A DNA stretch of 47,195 bases from positions 1 through 47,195 of the IMG/VR virus record IMGVR_UViG_3300032665_000055; one strand, written 5' to 3'. Of the stretch, positions 1-7,074 are shown piece after piece. Source of the stretch: a virus (taxonomy: Duplodnaviria; Caudoviricetes). The translations under genes and the position numbers were made by a program. The notes under the pieces were generated by a model that was not told where the DNA came from, did not search any database, and worked only from the letters and a program-made list of their open reading frames with translations. Positions within the stretch are counted from its first letter, which is position 1. Each line of letters opens with the position of its first letter.

Positions 1-288
1 TCGCGCAAGTCAGCACCGCGCAAGTTAGCATCGCACAAGTCAGCACCGCACAAGTCAGCACCGCACAAGTCAGCACCGCACAAGTCAGCACCGCGCAAGC
101 TAGTATCGCACAAGTCAGCACCGCGCAAGTTAGCATCGCGCAAGTCAGCACCGCGCAAGTTAGCATCGCACAAGTCAGCACCGCACAAGTCAGCACCGCA
201 CAAGTCAGCACCGCACAAGTCAGCACCGCGCAAGTTAGCACCGCGCAAGTTAGCACCGCACAAGTCAGCACCGCACAAGTCAGCACCG
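1..288. repeat. 15-bp tandem repeat array encoding pentapeptide repeats (left part)
   Basis: Unit caagt(c/t)agca(c/t)cgc(a/g) repeated about 19 times. Confidence 0.95.
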
Positions 289-386
289 CTTTTTGACAAG
301 TGGCTTTTCACCGCATCAGCCACACAGCTAAAATCGCCTTCGATAATAATTGAGCCGGTAATCCAGTTTGTAATTTTAATTTTCAT
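1..386 (-). CDS. Pentapeptide-repeat protein, 5' part (continues across the junction into 47195-46757; 274 aa total)
   Basis: ATG at 386 gives [34 protein letters not shown] then A(D/N)L(R/C)(G/D) repeats. 386+439 nt = 825 nt = 275 codons, in frame with ORF 46757..47188. Confidence 0.9.
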   Translation of the reverse strand, partial: MKIKITNWITGSIIIEGDFSCVADAVKSHLSKSGADLCGADLCGANLRGANLRGADLCGADLCGADLCGADLCDANLRGADLRDANLRGADLCDTSLRGADLCGADLCGADLCGADLCDANLRGADLR

Positions 387-514
387 GGTTTGATATTTAT
401 TTGTTGCACGATTTGAGACTCGCAGAGTTGGTTATTTTTTGCAAGCGGATTTTACTGAATTTTTACGATTAAAGTTTTTCTTATTTTGGGAATTCGCGTT
501 GTGAAAAGCCACTT
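298..514. repeat. 14-bp perfect inverted repeat pair
   Basis: aagtggcttttcac at 298-311 and gtgaaaagccactt at 501-514. Confidence 0.85.
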
Positions 515-536
515 AATAATGCGTTGAATCATAATG

Positions 537-1961
537 TTAATTTGCGTTGACTAAAAACAGGCTGACCTTGGCGCGTGTGATGCAAACATACTTGATGTTA
601 GCCTCTTCAATCTCATTTCCCGCTCGCTTACTTTGAAAAGTGTGCATGAGCATAAAAACTCTGTCAGCCTCTAACCCTTTGGCTTTATGAACTGTTGAAA
701 GAATCACTGCCGGTTTGCTGGTTTTATCCGTGTCTTGAAACAAGGAATAAATCCGTTGTTCAACTTCCTGAATTGAATTGCAATTTTCCGCCAACGCGCA
801 GAGCGTGTCTTTAATGTCTTGGCTCATTTCAATTTTCTTTTCATGTCCCTTAACTTTTCCAATCCGCGCAACTTGCTTTTCAAACCATGAATTGATTTTT
901 TCAAAGAAGTGAGGAACGGATTTTGCTTTTTGAGATTTAACCATCGTTAGCAACTGCCGGCCAATGTCTCTGCCTTCAATCCGCGCCGGTATTTTTTGGC
1001 GGAGTAAATTTAAAGCCAATAGCATCAGCGGAGCGTTGAGACGCGAAAGGATAAAATCCCCTGGCTTTGCATCGTCGCAATGTTTCACGTTCAAAACTTC
1101 TCCGTCATTCGCGTTGTCAGCAGCGTTAATGTCCGGCACGATTGATTGTGCGTGAGCTATGACAGCTTTTGAGCAACGGTAAGAAGTCGTTAGTTTTAGT
1201 TCCGTTGCGTTCAAGTCTGTTTTCATCATAGCCATTCCATCGGCATGACATCCGCGAAACGAATAGATACATTGCCGGTCATCACCAACTACTGCAACGC
1301 GACCGCGCGATGAACCTTTAACCATTTCCAGTTGCGGCACACTCATATCCTGCGTCTCATCAACGCTAACCAAGTCATAAATCGGCCTGACAAGATTCAA
1401 AGCGCAAGGGAGCCATACCATGTCGTTAAATGAAATACGGTTTTTTGAATCTTGAATTTTTGACGCTTCCAATACGTCCAAAGTTAATTGAATCCCGTCG
1501 CTGGTAAATCCGCCGTTAAAATAAATATCGCGGTCATCGGCCAATTGTTTCACGTCGTCATAACTCGGCTCAATGAAAGTATTTTTCGCAAAGCTAACTA
1601 GCTTTAGAATCTGTCCGCGAGCTTCCCAAAAGTCGTTTAGCGAACCACGCGAGACTAAATCCAACCTATCCGCCTCGACTTCATCATCCGGCTTTGCGTT
1701 ACGCCAAAGATTCTTTACAAAACTAAATCCAAGCGAATGAAGCGTCTTAATATCAATTCGCGGGTTACAAATCTTTTCTGCCGCCTCAAGCTGGTTGCGC
1801 TTGTTAAAGACAAAATAAGCCATCCTTTTTTCAGGCGCGTGTTCAAAGGCTGCTTTTAGGGTTGTGGTTTTTCCAGTTCCGGCGCGAGCCTTAATGACTA
1901 AATTGCCCGTGCCCGACTTGAACCAGTCGAAAATTGCAGATTGTTCGGATGAATAGGTCAT
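537..1961 (-). CDS. UvrD/Rep-like superfamily 1 helicase
   Basis: Walker A ARAGTGKTT, VDETQD, VGDDRQCIYSFRG, SYRC, STVHKAKGLE, YVCITRAK. Confidence 0.92.
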   Translation of the reverse strand: MTYSSEQSAIFDWFKSGTGNLVIKARAGTGKTTTLKAAFEHAPEKRMAYFVFNKRNQLEAAEKICNPRIDIKTLHSLGFSFVKNLWRNAKPDDEVEADRLDLVSRGSLNDFWEARGQILKLVSFAKNTFIEPSYDDVKQLADDRDIYFNGGFTSDGIQLTLDVLEASKIQDSKNRISFNDMVWLPCALNLVRPIYDLVSVDETQDMSVPQLEMVKGSSRGRVAVVGDDRQCIYSFRGCHADGMAMMKTDLNATELKLTTSYRCSKAVIAHAQSIVPDINAADNANDGEVLNVKHCDDAKPGDFILSRLNAPLMLLALNLLRQKIPARIEGRDIGRQLLTMVKSQKAKSVPHFFEKINSWFEKQVARIGKVKGHEKKIEMSQDIKDTLCALAENCNSIQEVEQRIYSLFQDTDKTSKPAVILSTVHKAKGLEADRVFMLMHTFQSKRAGNEIEEANIKYVCITRAKVSLFLVNAN

Positions 1962-2104
1962 ATTGATTTTTCGTGAATGATTTTACCAAGTCGAATAACC
2001 CGCAAAGCTTGGTTGATTGTTAGCCGATAGTATTCAGCGAATCGCGCAACAGTTAAAAAGTTATTAACCCAATCAAGATACATGGCGACAATTTTAGTTT
2101 TCAT
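1958..2104 (-). CDS. Small hypothetical phage protein (48 aa, MKTKIVAMYLDWVNNFLTVARFAEYY...)
   Basis: Read by hand; stop overlaps the helicase start (ATGA). Confidence 0.7.
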   Translation of the reverse strand: MKTKIVAMYLDWVNNFLTVARFAEYYRLTINQALRVIRLGKIIHEKSI

Positions 2105-2108
2105 GGCA

Positions 2109-2294
2109 TTAAGAAATGTTAAATTTGAATCCACGCTTTTCTAAAGCCTGTTTTTGACGTTGCGCGATGATGTTGCGCCGTGCGATTTTTTCCAGCCGGG
2201 CTAATCCTTCTGGCGTTTCCGGCGGTGTAAAGTTATCAACGCAGTAATCCATAATTTCATTTTGCGTTGGAATTTTGATTTGAATAGTTTTCAT
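2109..2294 (-). CDS. Hypothetical protein
   Basis: 61-aa ORF co-oriented with the early block, AT-rich start. Confidence 0.6.
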   Translation of the reverse strand: MKTIQIKIPTQNEIMDYCVDNFTPPETPEGLARLEKIARRNIIAQRQKQALEKRGFKFNIS

Positions 2295-2341
2295 TTTAAT
2301 TTGTGGCGATTAGCAACCTTTCGCCGGTTAGGTGTTAAGGG

Positions 2342-2869
2342 TTAAAACCGCGCTCCGCTTTCCGTAAATGTGTAACCATTGGTAATGATGGATTCATCGC
2401 ATTGTTCGTCAGACATAAGCCATTCCATTTCCTTTTGAAGCATGATGGAATAATCTTCCAAAATGGATTTGAGAAAATCCGCGTTCAACTCTTCGCGCTT
2501 GTCCTGCCATAATTCATATTCGCAGTTTGTTTCGTCGTCGCCGTCGCAGTTTTCAATCTGCTTTTCCAAATCAATGTGGGACACGTTAAATGCGCGGGCA
2601 GTCTTAAAAGTTTCGCAATCTTGGCCGTGATTTTTCAAAATCAATTCAGCGCATTCCACCGCGCCTGAAATAAAGTTGCCGGTTGCGTGCCGGTTGCGGT
2701 CTAAATCAAATGATTTGATTTTTAATCCAACTTGCTCCGCGTCCTCATAGGTTGATTCCCACCATTCATAATCAAGCGCGTGTTCACGATACCATTCCCG
2801 CGCCTTTTCTTTGGCTTGGTCGGAAAGTTCGCTGAATTCAAAAACGGTAGTTTCAATGATTTTAGACAT
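2342..2869 (-). CDS. Acidic phage/ICE protein (family often annotated 'antitoxin of toxin-antitoxin stability system')
   Basis: N-terminal IETTVFEFSELSDQAKEKAREWYR and C-terminal NGYTFTESG resemble that family, from recall. Confidence 0.55.
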   Translation of the reverse strand: MSKIIETTVFEFSELSDQAKEKAREWYREHALDYEWWESTYEDAEQVGLKIKSFDLDRNRHATGNFISGAVECAELILKNHGQDCETFKTARAFNVSHIDLEKQIENCDGDDETNCEYELWQDKREELNADFLKSILEDYSIMLQKEMEWLMSDEQCDESIITNGYTFTESGARF

Positions 2870-2895
2870 AATTTTCTTTGGTTAAATTGCGTTGG

Positions 2896-3462
2896 TTAGT
2901 TGGCGAGATTGGATTCTTTAATCATCCGAGCAGCTTGCTTCAAAATGCACGTCCCTGTTGAGACGCTATTCCCGTCGCCAGCCGCTTTAATCTTATCGCC
3001 GTTGGCGATGCTGGAATACATTCCACGCCCGCCGTGAACAACATGAATCGAATCCCATTTCGCAAGCGGAATGTCGTTAAAGTGTTCGTCTTTTGATTTG
3101 ACGATTGCATCAATTCCGATTTGAGTTTCAACCATGCGGATAATGGATGAGGTTACAAATTGCCGATAATAATCGGCGTGAGATACTTTTTTATCCATGT
3201 TAGACGGCTCGGCCAGGCGCATCTTCAATTCGGCGAGTCCGTGACGGAAGCCTTGCACATACGCAGCCTCCAAAGTGTTGATTCCTTCCGCCAGCAAGTC
3301 GGCCCGCAATAAATCGTCTGCGGTGACTTCGAGATACAGTTTCATTATTTTCTCGTTCACCGTCGGTTCTGGCTGATGGTAGAAGCGCGACAAAAAGAAG
3401 TCGTCGGCGCATTTTTTCTCGTCGTTCGTCATGCTTCGCAGCTCGGTTTCGTTTGGTTTCAT
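2896..3462 (-). CDS. Chimeric ORF: 88 aa of cassette origin fused in frame to the last 100 aa of a resident phage gene
   Basis: Junction AEPSN|MDKK coincides with the cassette boundary GTTAGACGGC at 3199-3208. Confidence 0.75.
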   Translation of the reverse strand: MKPNETELRSMTNDEKKCADDFFLSRFYHQPEPTVNEKIMKLYLEVTADDLLRADLLAEGINTLEAAYVQGFRHGLAELKMRLAEPSNMDKKVSHADYYRQFVTSSIIRMVETQIGIDAIVKSKDEHFNDIPLAKWDSIHVVHGGRGMYSSIANGDKIKAAGDGNSVSTGTCILKQAARMIKESNLAN

Positions 3463-3789
3463 TTTGTTTCGTTATGGATTCCAGCCGTCAGAAAGTAGTG
3501 GAGCATATCCCGCTGCCATCCGTTCATTTCCATGTTACCAGTAGTTCCGCGACGGATTTTTATTTGGAACTCCACCACATTCAGATCACGGATGGAGCAT
3601 TCCGTCATTGGCTCGCGGCGCAGCCTGTCCCGCTCGTCGAGTAGGTCGCATAGTTCTGGTATTACTGTTTTCATATTAGTATATCTATCATTCGCCGTCT
3701 AACAACTCACTCCAGCCAACCGGCGTTACGCCTTGCCGTCCGCCTTCGCGGGCGATGCGCCCCGGTCGCCGGTGGCTGAGTTCGAGGCG
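3200..3789 (+). mobile_element. Integron gene cassette (590 bp, two inverted ORFs) inserted in a phage gene
   Basis: Starts G|TTAGACGGC (3199-3208), the exact complement of GCCGTCTAAC (3694-3703) that opens its attC. Excision restores ORF MKTRQDY-MDKKVSH. Confidence 0.88.
3459..3674 (-). CDS. Hypothetical cassette-borne protein
   Basis: 71-aa ORF, ATGA overlap with the next ORF, lies inside the cassette. Confidence 0.65.
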   Translation of the reverse strand: MKTVIPELCDLLDERDRLRREPMTECSIRDLNVVEFQIKIRRGTTGNMEMNGWQRDMLHYFLTAGIHNETK

Positions 3790-3795
3790 TAATCT
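3697..3795 (+). other. attC site (complete, hybrid R' after insertion)
   Basis: R'' GTCTAAC, 5-nt spacer, L'' ACTCCAGC, stem CCGGCG/CGCCGG, L' GCTGAGT, 7-nt spacer, R' GTAATCT. Extrahelical C and A on the left arm. Confidence 0.88.
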
Positions 3796-3809
3796 TGGCG
3801 TGTTTTCAT
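3790..3809 (-). pseudogene. Detached 5' end (MKTRQDY) of the gene interrupted by the cassette
   Basis: ATG AAA ACA CGC CAA GAT TA joins C ATG GAT AAA at 3199 in frame. Confidence 0.75.
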
Positions 3810-3851
3810 AATGTTTTTTGAGTTAGTGGTTAGTTGCAATATCTTTGAATT

Positions 3852-4133
3852 TTAAGCCTTTCCTTCGCGCACGGCGGCGAGGTTGGCGAGGGCTTCCTTG
3901 CTCGCAATAATGTTTGATTCGATTATTCCGCCTTGGATTGAAATGTCGGCGTGCCGAGCGAGCAATCGAGCCATGCTTTCAACATCATCCAAAAGACGCT
4001 TTGCCTTTTCCGCCACCGCCAACAATGCGGCGTGTTCGGATTTTGTCATGCGAACGATGCAGAAGCGGAACGCCGTCGCCTTGTCTTGATTTTGATTTTT
4101 CATAGATTTGATTTGATAGGGAGTTAGTTCCAA
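3852..4133 (-). CDS. Hypothetical protein
   Basis: 93-aa ORF in the early operon. Confidence 0.6.
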   Translation of the reverse strand: MELTPYQIKSMKNQNQDKATAFRFCIVRMTKSEHAALLAVAEKAKRLLDDVESMARLLARHADISIQGGIIESNIIASKEALANLAAVREGKA

Positions 4134-4354
4134 TCAGGAGCAAATGAATTTGTGATGATGGCAAGCCGCACGCCGTCTTGCATCACGGCGACATGATGTC
4201 CGCCAACGTGAGCCTCAAATCCGTGACCGCGCACAATTTCGGCGGCGATGCTGCGAATTTCTGGCGCATAGGCCAAAATATGCTTCCGCAAATCTTTCAG
4301 CGCGGGAAACCTATAATTTGTCTCGTATTTGAATTTCATAATGGTTGCACTCAT
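4124..4354 (-). CDS. Hypothetical protein, first gene of the leftward operon
   Basis: 76-aa ORF overlapping the next gene. Confidence 0.6.
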   Translation of the reverse strand: MSATIMKFKYETNYRFPALKDLRKHILAYAPEIRSIAAEIVRGHGFEAHVGGHHVAVMQDGVRLAIITNSFAPDWN

Positions 4355-4883
4355 TATTTCACCGAGCCGGAATTGACTCGCGGAGAACTTTCGCTCTCGC
4401 CTTTAATTATACACACTCGCCAATCGCTAAAAAGCATTATCTTCACGAAACATCACTTTTCAGCTTCCCTAATCCATCTCACGAGCAACATTATTTGCCC
4501 CACAATCGAGCGCAATAGGCCATTTGCCGCGTCTTTATTTCGGCGGGTATGACGACAAGCAAACCACCTTTTTCGCGCCTTAAAACCGAATTGTGAAGAT
4601 GGCTATTTTTAGACAAAATTGTGACATTTTAGGCCGGTTTTACCACTTGGCACAGAGCCTGAATTTGCCGCATCTTAAAACGCCACTTTTCATGCCAGCT
4701 TTCTCAATATTCCAAAATATAGACAGTTTTTTATCGTCGTAAATACCACATTGGCACGCTCTTATGCTTTAAGTATGCTTGAAGCAATGCGCAAGCAATG
4801 CTTATGCAATGGCTCTTATAGAAAGGAGCATAAGATTTAAGAGCTAAAATTTGAAGATTTACAGAGCCTAATTATCATGGTAG
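4355..4883. promoter_or_regulatory. Divergent early/late control region, candidate replication origin
   Basis: Largest non-coding gap and strand switch. AAGCAATGC/TATGCTT repeats with about 11-bp period at 4763-4811. Confidence 0.55.
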
Positions 4884-5465
4884 ATGATAGCTATGATTAA
4901 AGAGCCTAAAGAGCCTAAACAGCGCAAAGGAAAGCGCGTAATGTTTCGAGAACATGACATTCAGGCCATTGCCGACCTCGTAGCCAATTGCAAAATGACA
5001 GAAAGGGAAGCCTGCATTACGCTAGATTTTAAGCCTGAACAGTGGAATAGCTGGAAAAGTAAGCATAAACGCAGCGCGATTTTCGACACGCTTCTCGCTC
5101 GCACGCGGGGACTTCAAACAAAAGAATTAGTTTCTCGCATAGCTTCTGCCGGCCTTGATAAGGAGATTAACTTGCCTAATGGCAAGACGATAACAAAGAC
5201 GGGGGACTGGCGAGCTAATGCTTTTATCCTCGAAAAGACATCGCCGGCATTTGCGCCCGCAACATCCGCACCCCCACCCGCAACCGTATCCATCCAGATA
5301 GGCCTAGTGCATGACCAACTTAAACGAGTCATTGGCTTTGCTAATCCTTCCTCCAGCGCACTATTACCAGTGAGTAGCGACATTGTGACGGATGGCGTAT
5401 CAGACAAGCTAGAATCTAATTTAAATAAGATTAAAATGCCGATGAGGCGCGCAGTAAATCCTTAA
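4884..5465 (+). CDS. Probable terminase small subunit
   Basis: HTH-like N-terminus, GDWRANAFILEK motif, first late gene upstream of TerL. Confidence 0.65.
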   Translation: MIAMIKEPKEPKQRKGKRVMFREHDIQAIADLVANCKMTEREACITLDFKPEQWNSWKSKHKRSAIFDTLLARTRGLQTKELVSRIASAGLDKEINLPNGKTITKTGDWRANAFILEKTSPAFAPATSAPPPATVSIQIGLVHDQLKRVIGFANPSSSALLPVSSDIVTDGVSDKLESNLNKIKMPMRRAVNP

Positions 5466-5538
5466 CGATAATTCATTGGCTTTTCTTAATGGGGCATTAT
5501 CAGCTGGAAATGTCACGCGACCTAGTCGTGATTAGATA

Positions 5539-5555
5539 AGCAAGCATTGTGCCAA
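5539..5555 (-). promoter_or_regulatory. Sigma54-type -24/-12 consensus match
   Basis: TTGGCACAATGCTTGCT on the minus strand, GG-N10-GC spacing. Confidence 0.5.
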
Positions 5556-5709
5556 TTGCTATAAGATATACTGATTAATCTTTATGACGATGGAGATTGA
5601 TTAACGTATCTTATTAAGGTGAAACATTTTATGTAGGGACGGCCTTTTTCCTAATACATGTCACCACATTAATTTTGCACCATCCTATTAACCGTGCCAC
5701 AATCTACGT

Positions 5710-5991
5710 ATGACAATTTTTGAACTAGCAGAAAAGTTTGGAATTAAAAAGGGAGAGATGGGCGACATCTTATTTGAGATAAGAGTCAACAATGCTCAAC
5801 TTGAACACTGTGAAAAGCCGCATGATTTTTCTTTGGTGTTGGACAGACTGACTAAAAAGATTATTAAAAATCCAAAACCAGAGCAGCGGCTGTTTGCTAA
5901 ACTTCAATGTTCAAAGTGCGATGGTCATATTGATTCGATAAATGCAAGTTGGTATAAGAAGGGGCTGGAAGACGGAAGGGTGAAACTCTAA
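5710..5991 (+). CDS. Hypothetical protein with C..H / CxxC motifs
   Basis: 93-aa ORF, HCEKPH and CSKC. Confidence 0.7.
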   Translation: MTIFELAEKFGIKKGEMGDILFEIRVNNAQLEHCEKPHDFSLVLDRLTKKIIKNPKPEQRLFAKLQCSKCDGHIDSINASWYKKGLEDGRVKL

Positions 5992-6080
5992 TCCTTCCCA
6001 TTAGTAAAACTTCAATCGTTCTGAAAAATAATTTTTAAGTTTTGTATTGAACAAATTGTGATAAATTTATTTTATGAAAA

Positions 6081-6119
6081 CCGCAACGCGGCGGCTTTGG
6101 CTCCGGGCAGTGGTTAGCA
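6081..6119 (-). other. Partial attC (R''-L'' arm only)
   Basis: Minus strand TGCTAAC-CACTG-CCCGGAGC-CAAAGCCGCCG; no matching right arm nearby. Confidence 0.75.
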
Positions 6120-6133
6120 GGCGAATTTGAGAT

Positions 6134-6502
6134 ATGAAAACTGAAACTCGACAATACAAAGACGTAGCGGGAAATCCCGTAACGCTCGACTGGCTGGTGA
6201 AAAACGAGCCGGAATGGGCAGCGAACCAAATCCGGCATCGTGACAAACTCGAAGCCGAACTCGCGGAAACCAAAACCTTGCTAGCCTATAAAAACGACAC
6301 GGCCAACACATTCATGGGGCAAATCAAAAAGCTCCAAGCGTCGGCGCACGAACTCGCGCTCTACTTGGACGAATACAACAAACAGGCCGGCGAGAATCAC
6401 GAACCGCTATACTGGATAGCCTGCCGAGCCTTGGACAGATACAAAGCAATCGGCGGCGTGGTAGAGCCTGCTAACGACCAAGCTGAGGCACCACGGAACT
6501 AA
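6134..6502 (+). CDS. Hypothetical cassette-borne phage-type protein
   Basis: 122 aa; C-terminus ANDQAEAPRN is encoded by the attC arm and stops in its loop. Confidence 0.75.
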   Translation: MKTETRQYKDVAGNPVTLDWLVKNEPEWAANQIRHRDKLEAELAETKTLLAYKNDTANTFMGQIKKLQASAHELALYLDEYNKQAGENHEPLYWIACRALDRYKAIGGVVEPANDQAEAPRN

Positions 6503-6578
6503 AAATATGAAACTGATAAAAAACCTACTCGCAAAACTGAAGCGTCCAACCGTGGTTGCCTCCGGCGACTGATTAGGC
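6469..6578 (-). other. attC site (complete, R'' mutated AAC>AAT)
   Basis: Minus strand GCCTAAT-CAGTC-GCCGGAGG-CAACCACGG ... CCGTGGTG-CCTCAGC-TTGGTC-GTTAGCA. Confidence 0.88.
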
Positions 6579-6627
6579 TGCTGGCTACAATTTGCAGACA
6601 AACTAAAAACGAAAAACATATAACAAA

Positions 6628-6750
6628 ATGAATCTGAAATCTGGAATCACACTCGTCGCGCTGATGTATCTCGGCGTAATCATATTCAACGTCGCACTCA
6701 TCGCCGGAATCGTCTGGGTTGCGTGGCACTTCATCAGTAAATGGTGGTAA
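6628..6750 (+). CDS. 40-aa membrane peptide, cassette-borne
   Basis: MNLKSGITLVALMYLGVIIFNVALIAGIVWVAWHFISKWW, read by hand; fills the cassette. Confidence 0.7.
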   Translation: MNLKSGITLVALMYLGVIIFNVALIAGIVWVAWHFISKWW

Positions 6751-6753
6751 GTG

Positions 6754-6804
6754 GCCTAACGTAAAAAGCTGAGCCACCGCCGACTCGCGGCGTGAACCGC
6801 GATA
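6754..6804 (-). other. Partial attC (L'-R' arm only)
   Basis: Minus strand TATCGCGGTTCACGCCGCGAGTCGGCGGTG-GCTCAGC-TTTTTAC-GTTAGGC. Confidence 0.8.
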
Positions 6805-6865
6805 AGTCCTTGCAAAAAAATTTTTCGATGTCAGTATTAAATCGTCGCCATTCATATCGGGGATA

Positions 6866-6942
6866 GGCAGGAGTTCCTTAAGTGCGATGCGCGGATGCGG
6901 CGACCGTGGGACTTTAATGCATCCAATCTCACTAATCCTGCC
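6866..6942 (+). ncRNA. Candidate structured RNA (nested stems) upstream of terL
   Basis: GGCAGGA/TCCTGCC, AGTGCGAT/ATCTCACT (1 mismatch), GGATGC/GCATCC. Confidence 0.35.
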
Positions 6943-7074
6943 AATTTAATTTTATGAATCAACTTGACGAAATATCACACTCCGCCGAAAATGTAACACT
7001 CGCCTGCAAGAAATGTAATTTAGGCAAGGGCGACAAAATTCTTTACACGGAATGGAATCCTCCAATTTTAATCT

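Larger units (their letters stand above)
6081..6804 (-). mobile_element. Two-cassette integron array fragment without integrase
   Basis: Cassette boundaries are complementary: GTTAGCAGGC 6113-6122 with GCCTGCTAAC 6466-6475, and ATTAGGC 6572-6578 with GCCTAAC 6754-6760. Confidence 0.85.

Noticed and set aside
1-288. 15-bp repeats as a CRISPR array or terminal repeat
   Set aside because: No spacers; tandem in-frame pentapeptide codons continuing across the junction.
4751-4768. Sigma54 promoter TTGGCACGCTCTTATGC
   Set aside because: GG-to-GC spacing is 11 nt, not the required 10.
6407-6855. Minus-strand ORFs 6407..6619 and 6499..6855
   Set aside because: They are translations of attC sequence antisense to better ORFs.
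6866-6943. tRNA (7-bp outer stem ending CCA)
   Set aside because: No GTTCRA T-loop or recognisable cloverleaf.
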